DNA of 61,313 bases, filler included, from Sphacelaria rigidula (GCA_964200075.2; 10 parts of 10 records of this genome joined end to end with filler, not necessarily neighbours in it), one strand, 5' to 3'. Numbered from the whole stretch's first letter, positions 24,925 to 36,710 are shown. Notes: generated by a model not told the origin, from the sequence alone. Numbers and translations: made by a program.

Positions 24925-26423
24925 CAGGGCTCTTTACGGTATATGTCACACATACGTTACACGTCACAAACGTCACGCCACAAGGGTGTGACGTGACGTA
25001 ACCTATGTTTTTCGAAGACGTCACAAATGTGACGTGACGTGACGCATAATTTTCCAAGACATCACAAATGTGACGTGACGTTACGTATTTTTTCATACGT
25101 CACATCAACGTATTTTGAAACGTTTATTGTAACGTGTAACGTATTTTATACGTTATACGTTAGAATAAACTTCACACGTTACGTTACACGCATGTGACGT
25201 CTGAATGAATGTGACAAGCGTCACACGCTCAACTTGTACCCCGATTAGTGTGAGATTAGCATATGTGATTCTCGTATGATCTAATACACAGGTTCGAGAA
25301 GAGAGTGCATACGTCATCATAATACGCACGCGATGTGAGCGCAAGTTCAGCGCCACGGCGGTATGCACAGCCACACCACACCCAACCATGAAACAAGCGA
25401 ATAAAATACCCTTGAGACTTTGAAGAGGTATCGATGTAACGAAAGTAATCAGAGACCTTGTATCTTTGAAGAGGTGCGAAGGGTGACACGAGCTTGTGAC
25501 CTCGTGGACAAATTCGGTGGCTCCACTGCTGTTCTGCAGGTTTGTTCTTTATTTAGTTGGTTTCGCTTTGCTTTGTTTTGTTTTCTTTTGTTGGTTTTGT
25601 TTCGTTTTTCTGTTTTTCTACCGCACTTCTCTATTCGAACGGTTTTGTGTAAGTTTTTGTCTCTTTTCTCGGCACGATGAGTCATGATGTGTTTCTACCT
25701 TCATGATGTCCGCCCTGCTAACGCGGCTGGATTCGTACCGGATCATCAGTGTATGTGTATTATTATATATATAGTAGTACAGATCTGCATACACGCCCTG
25801 CTGAGTGAGCAATTAATTATTACAATACATTATCGGATTGATATGTGTTGGTGTCCTACGAAATGCCAACCGACTACCAGGTATCACCAGCGTATGATCT
25901 GTACATACTTGCGTTTGTGTATATCATGGCCTGCGTGAATCTTGGTATCTCACTATCTGATTATCGTGCATCAATAATGTACTCATGTATCTCTTTGAAA
26001 TTGCAACTTGTGAGTCAGGGACGCATGGACGACACACTAGCTGAAACGGATTCTCACATGTCAAAATAGCGATCAGAACGCACCTCATGCTCGAACAAGG
26101 CAGCCGTCGTGAACCTTTTGTACCAAGTTACGGTACATGAAACGTTACAACGTCGTTCGAAGCGTTCGTTTGCCCTCAACACGGTCGAAGTGTAACGTTT
26201 CATTTTACGTTACACGGTACAATCGTAACGTATATTATCCGTTACATGTCACAATGAACGTTTCAAAATACGTTACACATCACAAACGTAACGTATATTA
26301 TTCGTTACACGTCACAAAAACTTTTCATAATACGTTGCTGTGACGTGACGTGACGTATAATTTTCAAGACGTCACATTTGTGACGTAACGTGTAGTGTGC
26401 AACGTGTAACGCAATGAGCCCTG
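24925..26423. mobile_element. Non-autonomous hAT-like element with subterminal ACGT-rich arrays
   Basis: Termini CAGGGCTC...GAGCCCTG; 8-bp flanks GAATATTT/GAAAATTT (7/8). Arrays of GTGAC/GTTAC/CGTCAC at 24950-25225 and 26125-26410. Confidence 0.8.
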
Positions 26424-26717
26424 GAAAATTTGAAGTGCTTTTTTTTGCCAGGATTCTTCAAGCTCGGAGATCTCCGTAAATCGTTTGAATTTTGATTGAA
26501 AAAGTTGTTATTCCGAAATTTTTCTGTGATGCTTGTGTCTGTCGCTCTCAGAAGATTCAAATCCACAACCGGTAGTTGATGAAGCGCCAAGCTCGAGAAT
26601 GCGCAAAATCTCATCTCAACATTCGTGCTTCCAAAAATGATGAAAAGACAGTGGGAAAGAATGGGAGAATCCCGTTTTTCGCTTGCAATGCAATGGTGGA
26701 AAAAGAGAAAAAAAATG

Positions 26718-26796
26718 GTGATCGTCTCCAAAGGGAGGCGTGGTCAGTGGTTAAGTGACGAAGGCAAGCAACAAACGAGTACCCCTCCCCACCCCC
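26718..26796 (+). repeat. LINE 3' end fragment, subfamily A
   Basis: CGTCTCCAAAGGGAGGCGTGGTCAGTGG...AAGGCAAGCAACAAACGAGTACCCCTCCCCACCCC. Confidence 0.65.
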
Positions 26797-27217
26797 GACT
26801 GTTGAAACTATTGCTCCACCATGAGCACCAACATCACAACCAAACCAGTCTATTTCAGCGTGAGCGGTCGATCGTGCAGGCGTGTGTAGTCATGTTGACC
26901 GCAGGAGTGTTCATGTAGAACTAAACATGGATTCGTCTAACGTTTTTGGAACCCATTGACAATTTTTGTTTTTGTGGATCGGCATCATTTTCAGTCATTT
27001 TCAAGTCAAAATGATGCAGATTCACAATAACAAAAATCGTGAACGGGTTCCAAAAGGGTTGACAAGGTAACAAACACGCTGTTGGCAGAATTCTAAACTA
27101 CTCCCATTGGTAGAATCTGAGTCAACCCAACCCTTCCTTTTTCTTCCCTCCTCGTCAAATCGCTCAATACTTATGTTCTCGTGTTCGCTCCGTATGTGTG
27201 TACTTTTGTTTTCGCAG

Positions 27218-27304
27218 CATACTCCCAAGACGAACTCACCAGAGACACGCAAGAAGATAAGCCAGGTCATCCGGAATCAATGGAAAGATCCAGAGAGACG
27301 CAAG
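27218..27304 (+). CDS. Exon 1 (internal) of a protein with NUMOD3/IENR2-like motifs
   Basis: Polypyrimidine tract + CAG|, donor AAG|GTAAAA, 87 nt: HTPKTNSPETRKKISQVIRNQWKDPERRK. Confidence 0.7.
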
Positions 27305-27506
27305 GTAAAATCACGTAACCTCGTTTTTATGGCGGCCTAATTCCCCTCCTCTTTTTTTCCATTTACTCCCTTTCTCCCCCTAACCCTAACCCTAACCCGG
27401 AATCAATGGAAAGATCCAGAGAGACGCAAGGTAAAATCACGTAACCTCGTTTTTATGGCGGCCTAATTCCCCTCCTCTTTTTTTCCATTTACTCCCTTTC
27501 TCCCCC
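27271..27506 (+). repeat. 110-bp tandem duplication with (CCCTAA)3 at the junction
   Basis: 27271-27380 is identical to 27397-27506; the spacer is TAACCCTAACCCTAAC. Confidence 0.9.
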
Positions 27507-27574
27507 CACCCTTAGTATGGCATGCATGATCATGAGTACACCCCTCCCACCCTTTCCCCCCGCCTCCACCCGAC

Positions 27575-28045
27575 ACTACAATTTCGGGTGGGGCACCTCG
27601 ACCTGTCAGAAAGAAGAAAGAGATATACCAGTAGTCGAGAGGAGAAGGAAGCAGATGCACAGCATTGCCCGCCCCTGCGGCAAAATTACATGGAGCAGAA
27701 CTCATGTAGTGGCAGAATGTGACCTATACAAGGAGGAACGGGACGTACTGGAGGAGGAAATGCGGGATGTGAACGAAGGTGGCGTGAAAACTTTTGATGC
27801 ATCAGACAGCAGGGAAAAAACGATGGCTATACTAGGAGAAAAGTGGTGACTACAGACGGCGAAACGGGACGGGGATAAGATATGTAAACGTTATTTTTTT
27901 TCATGTATGGAAGAAACGTGATGATCACCGAGATGTTGGAGGTGTGTCTCTATTAGGAGTAGGAACGGTGCTCCGTCTCGAAGGGGATGCGTGGTCAATG
28001 ATCAAACGACTAAGGCAAGCAACGAATGAGTACCTCCCCCACCCG
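27575..28045 (+). mobile_element. 5'-truncated LINE (ORF2 C-terminus with Cys/His motif), intronic
   Basis: Frameshifted translation LQFRVGHLDLSERRKRY...PCGKITWSRTHVVAECDLYKEER...AILGEKW...GVSIRSRNGAPSR. The C..C..H....C spacing resembles a non-LTR ORF2 zinc knuckle. The 3' end is shared by many variably truncated copies. Confidence 0.7.
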
Positions 28046-28204
28046 CCGATAAAAGAGTAAAGAAAATGGCTTCTCTGTCCAGGATCCTGAGCAGTATGCA
28101 GTATTTTACCACACACTATGCTTTACTTCAGTGAAGTTAATTCAATGTAAAATACGAACCCCTCGCCCCGCACTCCGCCTGGAATTCTCGTGTCTTTTTC
28201 TCAG

Positions 28205-28501
28205 AAGCGCATAGCGAAGTTGCCCGCCAAGACAGACGAGCACAGGAAACGCATTGCCGACGCGGTCAAGGCAAAGTGGGCGGACCCCAACTACCGCAGC
28301 AAAGCAACGCAGGCAATGAAGGACTCGTATCGTGCACGCGTTATCGCTGCGGGCGGGACACCTAACCCTAACCCGAGAGTGCGGCGGCCAGCGGGCCCCA
28401 GGCCTCCAAGGCGCCCCTCTGTGCCCAATAAGCCGAAATTGCCCAGGCGCGTCCTCCGAACTCGTATGGCGAAGTGGGATCTACAGAACAGAAAAGTGCA
28501 G
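28205..28501 (+). CDS. Exon 2 of the NUMOD3-like protein
   Basis: TTTTTCTCAG|, CAG|GTAC, 297 nt, phase 0: KRIAKLPAKTDEHRKRIADAVKAKWADPNYR...QNRKVQ. Confidence 0.75.
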
Positions 28502-29514
28502 GTACTTTTTTTTTTGGTGCTTGCTTGAAGTGTGTGTGTGTGTGTCATTCATTCACTGTGTGTGTACAGAATAGATAAGTGAAGTTTTTTTTTGTGCTTG
28601 AAGTGTGTCATTCACTGTGCGTGTGCGTGTGTTCTTGACCTGACCTCTGTGTACGGTTGTCTTTCCTTTGCACACATGTGAGTGAAGCACCTCGGTGGTG
28701 TCGCCAATGTTCGTAAGAAGAATACACGTCCCAGACAAATACCTTTCTGGGGGGGTGGGGGCGGAGCGGGGCGGGAGGGGGGGTTAATTGTCAACGTTTT
28801 TTCATCGAGGAGGATGGCCATATCTGGACCTAGGGCGGCGGTCGTTCGAGCGCTGAGTTCCTTCTCGTCCCCGTACCGCCAGGACAGGGTGACCCTGAGG
28901 CAAAAGGCTAAGCATCAATCACACCCTGCGCTGTTCTCTCACGCCAAATCAAGTTTCACGAGGTTTGGTCGTCTGCATTTTCTATCGCCGTTTTTGCCCC
29001 CCTGATATTTCTCTCATTCCATTCTCCCGTTCTCCCGTTCCCTCGTCTTTTCTCCTGAACATTTCGATGCAGTTGATATCAGCGATTCATTGAACCGAAT
29101 ATGCACGCCTGCCTCAGTGAAGATAACACGCACAAAGCGGTCACTCCTCATGTAGCATGTCTCTGTCTTTGAACGCGCGTTATTATTTTGATTGCACGAT
29201 TGTCTTGTGTATCCACGATTGTGTACATTTATTCTAGATTTTTACCACCTCTTTGTTTGCTGTACCACCATCCCCCATTTTTTTGGGGGGGGGAGGGGGA
29301 AAAGAGGAAAAAAAGAGCCGCATGTCTATTTCTTCCCAGCCATTCAGAAGTCAATGGTTTACTTTTTATCTTGACACCGTAAAGTCGTACATGTGACCCT
29401 AAACGTGACTCAAACGTGACTCCCCCCACCCCCCCACCCCGCGCGTGCCGTGGACCTTCCCCACCGAAAATCACAATGATTGTGGGGCACGTGGTATTCT
29501 TACATACTGCCCAG

Positions 29515-29691
29515 GCCCAATTAGACCGTGATACGGTCCGGGAGCGGAAGATACAAGAAACGAGAGAGAAACTACAGGAGCGGGAAAGTAGGGCCATGGC
29601 GGCCCGGTTAGCGAAGGAGGAGGAGGAGCGTCTGCTGGCTGGAATGGACGAACTGGACGCTTTGCTCTACCGCCAGAGTATGCGCTTCAAG
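29515..29691 (+). CDS. Exon 3 of the NUMOD3-like protein (coiled-coil-like)
   Basis: CCCAG|, AAG|GT, 177 nt, phase 0: AQLDRDTVRERKIQETREKLQERE...QSMRFK. Confidence 0.7.
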
Positions 29692-30551
29692 GTGCAGAGG
29701 AATTGAGCGGTCGATCGTTTTTCGGCCTCGACTTCTCTCGTTTTTGTTTTTCTCTCTATCTCTCTCTATCTCTTTCTCTCTCTCTCTCTTTTTCGTGTTG
29801 CATCCGTTACATGCGTGTCGTTTCGTTCACGATCATCCCGTTGGGGGGATGTGCAGGCATATCAAGTGTGGGATCACTATTATACTTCGCCAGGGTTGTA
29901 GGATGTCCCCGAGGGTGAATCTTCCAATGGTCAGACGAATGAATCATTACTGGTTCGAATCACCAAATCTACTATTTCGGAGGCCTATTTGCTCCGAAAA
30001 GAGATGAAAACGTTGACCGCGGGTCTAAGAAGTCTCTACGCACTTTGTGTTATTCCACGTGTCTGGGGTGCGCGTGCTTGGGGTGCAATGCAGAAAACAA
30101 AGCCCAAGGATTGAATCGTACGGTACGAATCACTTATACTAAAAGCAAGTACTTTTCAGACGAATCATTATTCTTCCGAGCCTTGGAATCTTCCCGAGAA
30201 ATCACCAAAGTGAGGCGTACCTTCTCTCGGGGTATTTTGGCGAGGATTCGCCGTGACCTGGGGGGTAGGCTATTGAGTCAACCTGCACCGGGTACAGAAC
30301 AGTTGTGATTACCCCAGGGATTGACGGTGGCTTTTGTCATGTTGGAGCTCTTTCCGCTGTCGTGATCTCTTACCTAGGGTCCCGGAAAATTCGGCTGTAC
30401 AGGTGTGAGAGTTCCGGGCCTCTCCAGTAGTCGATGGTTGAACCTGCTCTCTCCTGTAACAGCTTCGTCCCCGGTTCACGTGTCATGAAAGTATCACTCG
30501 GCACACGCGCTGAAGTAGCTTCGACATAAAAACACGTTTGTTTGTTCGTTT

Positions 30552-30608
30552 GTATGTATGTATGTATGTATGTATGTATGTATGTATGTATGTATGTATG
30601 TATGTATG
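30552..30608. repeat. (TATG)n microsatellite at contig end
   Basis: Perfect tetranucleotide run. Confidence 0.95.
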
Positions 30609-30708
30609 NNNNNNNNNNNNNNNNNNNNNNNNNNNNNNNNNNNNNNNNNNNNTTAATTAATTAANNNNNNNNNNNNNNNNNNNNNNNNNNNNNNNNNNNN
30701 NNNNNNNN

Positions 30709-30774
30709 CTGTATGGCCATTTTTTTCGTGACACTTTTAGCTGGTTTTGGGGGGGGGCTATCGTAGAAAGTGTC
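30709..30774. mobile_element. Right end of a GAC-terminus MITE, truncated by contig start
   Basis: GGGGGCTATCGTAGAAAGTGTC, the same terminus as at 46326 and 44393. Confidence 0.8.
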
Positions 30775-31166
30775 AAGGAGAACAACACAACGGGAGCGCG
30801 GCCGCAGGAGCGGCGCCGATTGAAGGGTATTTCCTACCCGAAGGGAGGCTTTGGTCTGTCGTCGGTCCCTGACCAATTGCAGCTGCACCGACAACAGGTG
30901 CACGCGGGGCAACGGTCAAATATATCACCGACACGAGGTGGAGTCAAGTCCACAACCGCGGCTGACGCCTTGGTAAATTCGACATCTCCTAGACGCCGGT
31001 CACCTCTGCCAATCCTGCGCTTTCTCGGAGGGCAAGCGATCGTCCCTCCCACGTCTTCCACGCCCATGATCGGCGTCGACCACGACGGTGCTGGTAATGG
31101 TGCGGGCTTCTCCCGTGCTGGGGCGTACACGGAAGCAATGTTTGGGGGACGCGAGTTCGTGGATGG

Positions 31167-32678
31167 GTGCCCTTCTGCGCAGGTGGAGAGGGGTTTTCCG
31201 CGCAGCCCAGTAGCCGACGCCGGTTCCAGCGAGAGCTCATGCGGCCACCAATTTGCCGAGGCTTCTTCCGGACGCCTCCCTCGCTGCAATACGAGAGCGG
31301 TGGTGGCCAAGGCCCCGACAGGGTCAATCCCGGGATTCTGGTGCGGGGTAGTAGCCAAGACAAGATTCCGGTCGCCGCCTCCTATCGTGATCGCGCGGAT
31401 ACCCTCGTGGAGGCTCAACCAGTTGGGCGTCGTGACGGAATATACCACCCCCCGCTTGCCGTCGATCGTAGCGACGGCACCGATGAAGAAGAAAAGCGCG
31501 CGCTGCAACAGGAGATTGAAGACATTTCAATGGCAGAACCTGACCACCCCGACTCGATGACTCCGTTCGGCGACAGGGCAATTGTCGAGCCGATGTCTCC
31601 CGTCATGGCCAATAGTACGCTGATGGTAGCTGCGGAATCCACATACCCACCACAACCGTTCTCGGCACCTTTCTCAGAGCTTGCCCTCACGCCAGCCCCT
31701 CGCACCCATCGCTGGGGCATAACAGTGGATGGCTCCATAGTGGATCTCATCCACAGCGAGGTTTCGGGCGGGAGGGCTTCGCCCGTGTTGATGGTAGGTG
31801 GGAGCTTTACGAATACCGAAGCAACGGCTTCAAAGTTGGCAACAGCGGCGGCGGCGGCGGCGACACCGGTAGAGAGGTCAGCTGGTTTGTCCTCATCAGA
31901 ATCGGGAAAGGTCGTCGGCTCAGTAGCGCGAGATGGGGTACGGGTGAGGGTCCAGGGAGGTGGTAGCGATTTCCTCGTCCCGGACGTCATGGCGTCTATC
32001 GTCGCCCCGGCCTGCATGGCGGAGGGTTACCATGACGATGAGACAGGCAGCGTTGATTGGGGGCTGGGGCCTGTGCCCGCAAGACGAGAACGATCGGCTG
32101 CTCCGTCAGCGGCCACACGATCGGTGGTTTGTTCGTCGCGTGGACTCCCGAGTGCCCTGTCCGCCACCGCGGCGGCATGCTGGAACGAAACCGACGGGCC
32201 GGGGTCTGCCGGCGCCACGGGCTTGGGCGTCACGCCAGGCGCCACATCAGAGGCCGCGCACGGGGCGGGGCCAATGGTGGCTAGTATCGACGCCCCTTCC
32301 CTGAGAGGGAGCGTTCAGCTCTCGCTGCTTTTCTACGCCGTCTCGATGAAAATCACGTCGGGTATTAGTATCAAAACTGAAGGCATCGGATACGCTTTTG
32401 ATCTCGAGGCGTACGGCACTGTGAGATTCGTCCCTCGCCTCAACATGGGGATGGGCAATGCCGTTGGCATCGCTGCCGTGAATGCACCCCGCACCGCTAT
32501 CGGCCTGGCGGCAGACGCGCGTTCTTCATATCACGCGCCGCCGCGGGCGTCCGTCGATGCCTCTGTTGCTCCTTTGGCAACCTCCCAGTCAAGCTCCGGT
32601 GGGATTTTGAGAACGACCACACGCGGCGACGTGTGTCGCCGCAACCTGGGGGCTAGGGTGCACACCAGGAATCGATGA
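31167..32678 (+). pseudogene. Long GC-rich, Ala/Ser/Pro/Gly-rich ORF of unknown family, probably part of a frameshifted coding relic (~30820-33400)
   Basis: 503 open codons with no recognisable domain. It overlaps a 246-aa upstream frame, and stop-interrupted protein-like frames continue downstream. Confidence 0.35.
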
Positions 32679-33643
32679 TGGTTGCCACGCACAAGCAACA
32701 CCGCCACAGCTCCACCCGTTGTCGATAGGCGGCCGTGGTATTCGGCGGTCCACCACGCTGCTGACGAGGGGGCGGGGCCGGAACCACCCAGGCAGCGATG
32801 GTGACCGTGGCCATTGGTCGCCGGCGGCGGTAGGGCCTGGGCAGGGACGTCGAGGATGAAAATCTTGTGGAGCATGACTGTGGCAATGTTTCGGTGGGAG
32901 AGGGCTGATACTCAACTAGTTCGATACGATGTCATGCCCTCATTCACTATAGAACGACTAGGTGAAGACAACCGTGCCCGCTGAAGGCCGGACGCGCCAC
33001 ACGGGGAGAGTGCTATCCACCGCCGTCTGTAGGCTGCAACATCATCGTGAAGAAGTTGTCATCGCGCGAGCGCTAGTTCCGCATCTTTTCCGTTAAATAT
33101 CGAGTTTCTGCAAAATTCCAATGATGGTGCTTGAGCGCCGATTTCGACGGGGTTGGACGGATTGTGCTTTCTCTGAGAGACTCGCTGCACCTCCTCCTGA
33201 GGTCATTCCAGCGCACTTTTCTAATATCTCGTACGCCCAGTTCGTCTCTTGGTCAGACTAGCAACATTTTTGTCGAAGACATGAAAATACACCATATGTT
33301 CGTGAGTTTCTCTAATATTTGTTTGAACAAGCTCGAGCGGATGCTTGTCGTGGCCCTACCATGGCATGACTTTGGAGTCAGAAAATGCCAGCCCAAGTCT
33401 TAACGCTGACCTCGAAGACGGAAAACCGTTAGCCCTCGGGCAACGAAGGATCCGCCTGACCTGCGCTGGTATAGAGCACAAGAAATGTGTTGCGCGGAGT
33501 GCCACTCACTGGGTCGACGCGCACTGCCATCAAGTTGGTCCTGTGCCCGGGAAAACTTGATTAGAAAGGGATATGGACCATACCCTAAGTGAAACAATCA
33601 CGCAGTGGCTCATAATTATGCACCTTCAGCATATTGAATACTC

Positions 33644-33647
<4 letters not shown>

Positions 33648-33682
<35 letters not shown>

Positions 33683-33742
33683 CCTCTTCCTCTTCCCCCC
33701 TCCACCTGTTAAGTAATTGATTTGATTTGATTTGATTTGATT
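33648..33742. repeat. (CT)n and (GATTT)n microsatellites
   Basis: Direct inspection. Confidence 0.85.
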
Positions 33743-34096
33743 GCGCGCACTACGTGATCCCCTGGGGATCCAGCCGTCGTTACAGGGTAGACGCACCGAA
33801 GATGGACAGCACTATACCTATTTCAGTTTTGAAACGTATATCACAACCACTCCAGCAAGGTCTCGGTCAACGGTCGGCAACGAAAACATGACTGACTACG
33901 AAATTTGACACGAGATTCTTTGCACATGATCTATGGAAGGTGTAAAACGCCCGGTGTGGAGGACTACACTCCGCCGTCAGTGACAAACAAACTTCGTGCT
34001 GCGGAAGTCATCCAAGCGGTGACGCAGTTGACTTTGACGTATTTGGGGGTGGTGTGGATTGCGGACGCCATGGGCGGTCGTTCTCGATTCTCGTTA

Positions 34097-35615
34097 CGAG
34101 CTGGGCCAGCCTAGAAACGGGTTCAAGCTCTCAAAACAATATATCATCGACACAGACGACTTGGGCCGTGATCCGCATATCGTATGAATAGTCTTTTCAA
34201 GGGGATGGTGCCCATCTGCTCACAAGTCTGGGACAGTATTTTCTCGTTGAAGCGGAGATAGCGCCCGCACTGAAATCTATATGACACCTCGAACGACATT
34301 CAGCGGATGATGACGACTTTTGTGCGGACCTTTCCTGGAGCACGGGGAGACGATGATAGATATACTCACCTTCACCTAATTCGTAATCTATCTCGAGATT
34401 TGGCGCACATAATATTTCATACTAAAATTAATATATGGCGAGCAGAGGCACTAGATGCCCTAAATCTGGATATATATCACGTCTCAGTTTTTGAGAGTTG
34501 TGTCATCACGTTTCGCATGGAGAACCGCTAGTGCATAATATAACATGAAAAACAGTCTTTACCTTTTTTTCGTTGTCCATGATTTTTGTTCGTGCTTTTA
34601 GGGAGTTTTGAGGAAAAATAAACATTGCTCTTAGGCCTTATCTCGATTTTTTATGTCAATTTTTATAATTTTGATTTGAAACTTGGCATGGAGAAGCACA
34701 GAGGTGTATGCTGAAAAAATTAAAAGAGTAGGCCTTTTTTGGGGGGGGAAGAGGTTCCGGCGTTCTCGTAAAAAAATGGTCATTAACATACTAAAATGCC
34801 CTCAACCAGTGAAATAATGAATGAAAACCAACCTGATCCAATTTTTGTTCAGCATGACCTAGCTAAGTCCCGCACAAAGTTTCAGTACACAAACACCAAG
34901 CGTGGGCCGGTAAACGGCCTGCAACATACTGTTCCGAATTTCCATCGACCCGTGTTTTAAAGGGTGAACTCGCGTTTTTGTACTTGGAGTTGGACCCTGA
35001 AATTTGGTATGGACAGTCAACAGAGCATGAAAAAAAGCTCGGGGTCCCAAATACTTTTTTCCTATGAGTTAAGAGCAATAATCAGTTTTCAGGTTGACCA
35101 ATGCTACGGTAGGGGTGCACTTTTTTCGCGAAATTTTGTCTGGTTCAATTCAGGGGCTCCTAACGATCCTAGACGCACAAGAATATCGATCAGGGCATCC
35201 CCGTTTGCAGATTTGTTCTGTATATTCCCAGCACATTGGAATTGTAATCCTGGCGTACTCTCGCATATTTCATAAGTCGTATTCTGGATGAGATATAGGG
35301 CTCCTAACGATTCTAACCTCAGAAAATATTTGTGTATCCCTGCCGTAGCATCACTCGGTTGTAGTAAAACGCTCTTACCTAATGAAAAAAAATCTTTGAG
35401 ACCCCGCACAATTATTTTTTCATACCCTGTTGATTGTCCATATCAGATTTCAGGAAAATGCCCTGAATTCATAGAAAAAATCTTGAGACCCCGCACAATG
35501 CTTTTATTATGCCCTGTTGATTGTCCATGCCAAACTTCAGGGTCCAAGTCTAAGTAGAAAATTGCGAATTCGCCTGCAAACTACAAGTTATCCGCTTCTA
35601 GGCTGGCCCAGATCG
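34097..35615. mobile_element. Full-length non-autonomous TIR element with TA TSD (Tc1/mariner-like signature)
   Basis: TIRs CGAGCTGGGCCAGCCTAGAAACGG / rc CGATCTGGGCCAGCCTAGAAGCGG (22/24), with TA on both sides. No transposase ORF. Confidence 0.85.
35096..35356. mobile_element. MITE nested in the TA element, perfect 4-bp TSD GGTT
   Basis: GACCAATGCTACGGTAGGGGTGCAC ... CCCTGCCGTAGCATCACTC; flanks GGTT/GGTT. Confidence 0.9.
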
Positions 35616-35967
35616 TAGATGTATGACGTTTTCTCCGTACCCCATTCGTCCATCATGCTGGGCGATATGTTGTTTGTGGTGATCAATATCTCCAGAGGTG
35701 AGGTCTAGCGTGCCGTTCATACCCAGCGCTACGAGGTGGGAGTTTGGTGATATGATGCGTTTTGGAGCATGTGCGAGATTGTCAAGGCCACGCCGACTAT
35801 CACTCAACGAGGAGTGTTGTTGTCCGTATCGTCGGGGGTCATTGATTGTTTCACTATTCTGTGGGGTGCACGTCAAGAAAAAAGTAATTAAAAGTGGTGG
35901 AAGGTGTGTGTGTTCAAGTCGCATATATGCACACCACATCTTTCTCTCGATAGTATCCAGTGAATAT

Positions 35968-36150
35968 ACAATTCTGAAAAATAAGGTTGTACCATGCCCG
36001 AAACAGTGCTTTCCCGACACTTACAGCGATATATCCAATGACCTTTGTGTCGGCCTAATGCCTCTCGATCGCGTAGATACTTCTTCAGGGCATTTTACTG
36101 ACTCTGTGAGCTTACAGCGCTGACCGAAACCGTCATTTTCCCTGACTTTT
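35968..36150. repeat. Solo arm of the 19434-19849 foldback family
   Basis: Shares CTCGATCGCGTAGATA and GTGAGCTTACAGCGCTGACCGAAACCGTCATTTTCCCTG. Confidence 0.75.
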
Positions 36151-36478
36151 CAAGCGCACGATAGTGACAGCCTGTTGTACAATACACGAGCGCACGGTAG
36201 CGACAGCCTGTTGCTAAAGTAGCAACATTTTCTCACGCCTCGCCAAATTTACCCGGATTACTATTACAATATTAATAGTAGTGGTAGGTAGTCGAGGCAC
36301 ACGACACGGAACATGAACCCATAAGTGTAATCATGGTAGGTGATGAGCTTGGAGGAGCGGTTTGTCCGTCTTCTCAGCGGTCTCCATACAAAGAGGCTCT
36401 CTAAACGGCAGCTGACCGCATCTGCCAATGCCTCGGAAATAAACTAGGAGACAGCAGGCTTGGTGCCCCCCCCTCCCT

Positions 36479-36710
36479 TCAGGAGATAGATGGTGACCAG
36501 AGACGGCGAAACAGGACGGAGATATGATATGTAAAATATTTTTGGGCAATGTATGAAAGAAACGTAATGAGCGCCGGAATGTTGAAGGTGTCTCTATTAG
36601 GAGTAGGAACGGTGGTCCGTCTCGAAAGGGATGCGTGGTCAATGGTCGACCGACGAAGGCAAGCAACAAATGAGTACGGACACGCCCACCCACCAACAAC
36701 CCGCCCCCAA
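36479..36710 (+). mobile_element. 5'-truncated LINE 3' end, subfamily A
   Basis: Colinear with 27832-28040; C-rich on both flanks. Confidence 0.75.

Noticed and set aside
28360..28373. Interstitial telomeric insertion in an exon (also CCCTAA-like tracts at 4694, 44178, 50797)
   Set aside because: Only about two units, in frame as PNPNP, with no flanking duplication; cannot be distinguished from chance.
30834..32017. Minus-strand 224-aa and 200-aa ORFs
   Set aside because: Antisense shadows in GC-rich sequence with no motifs.
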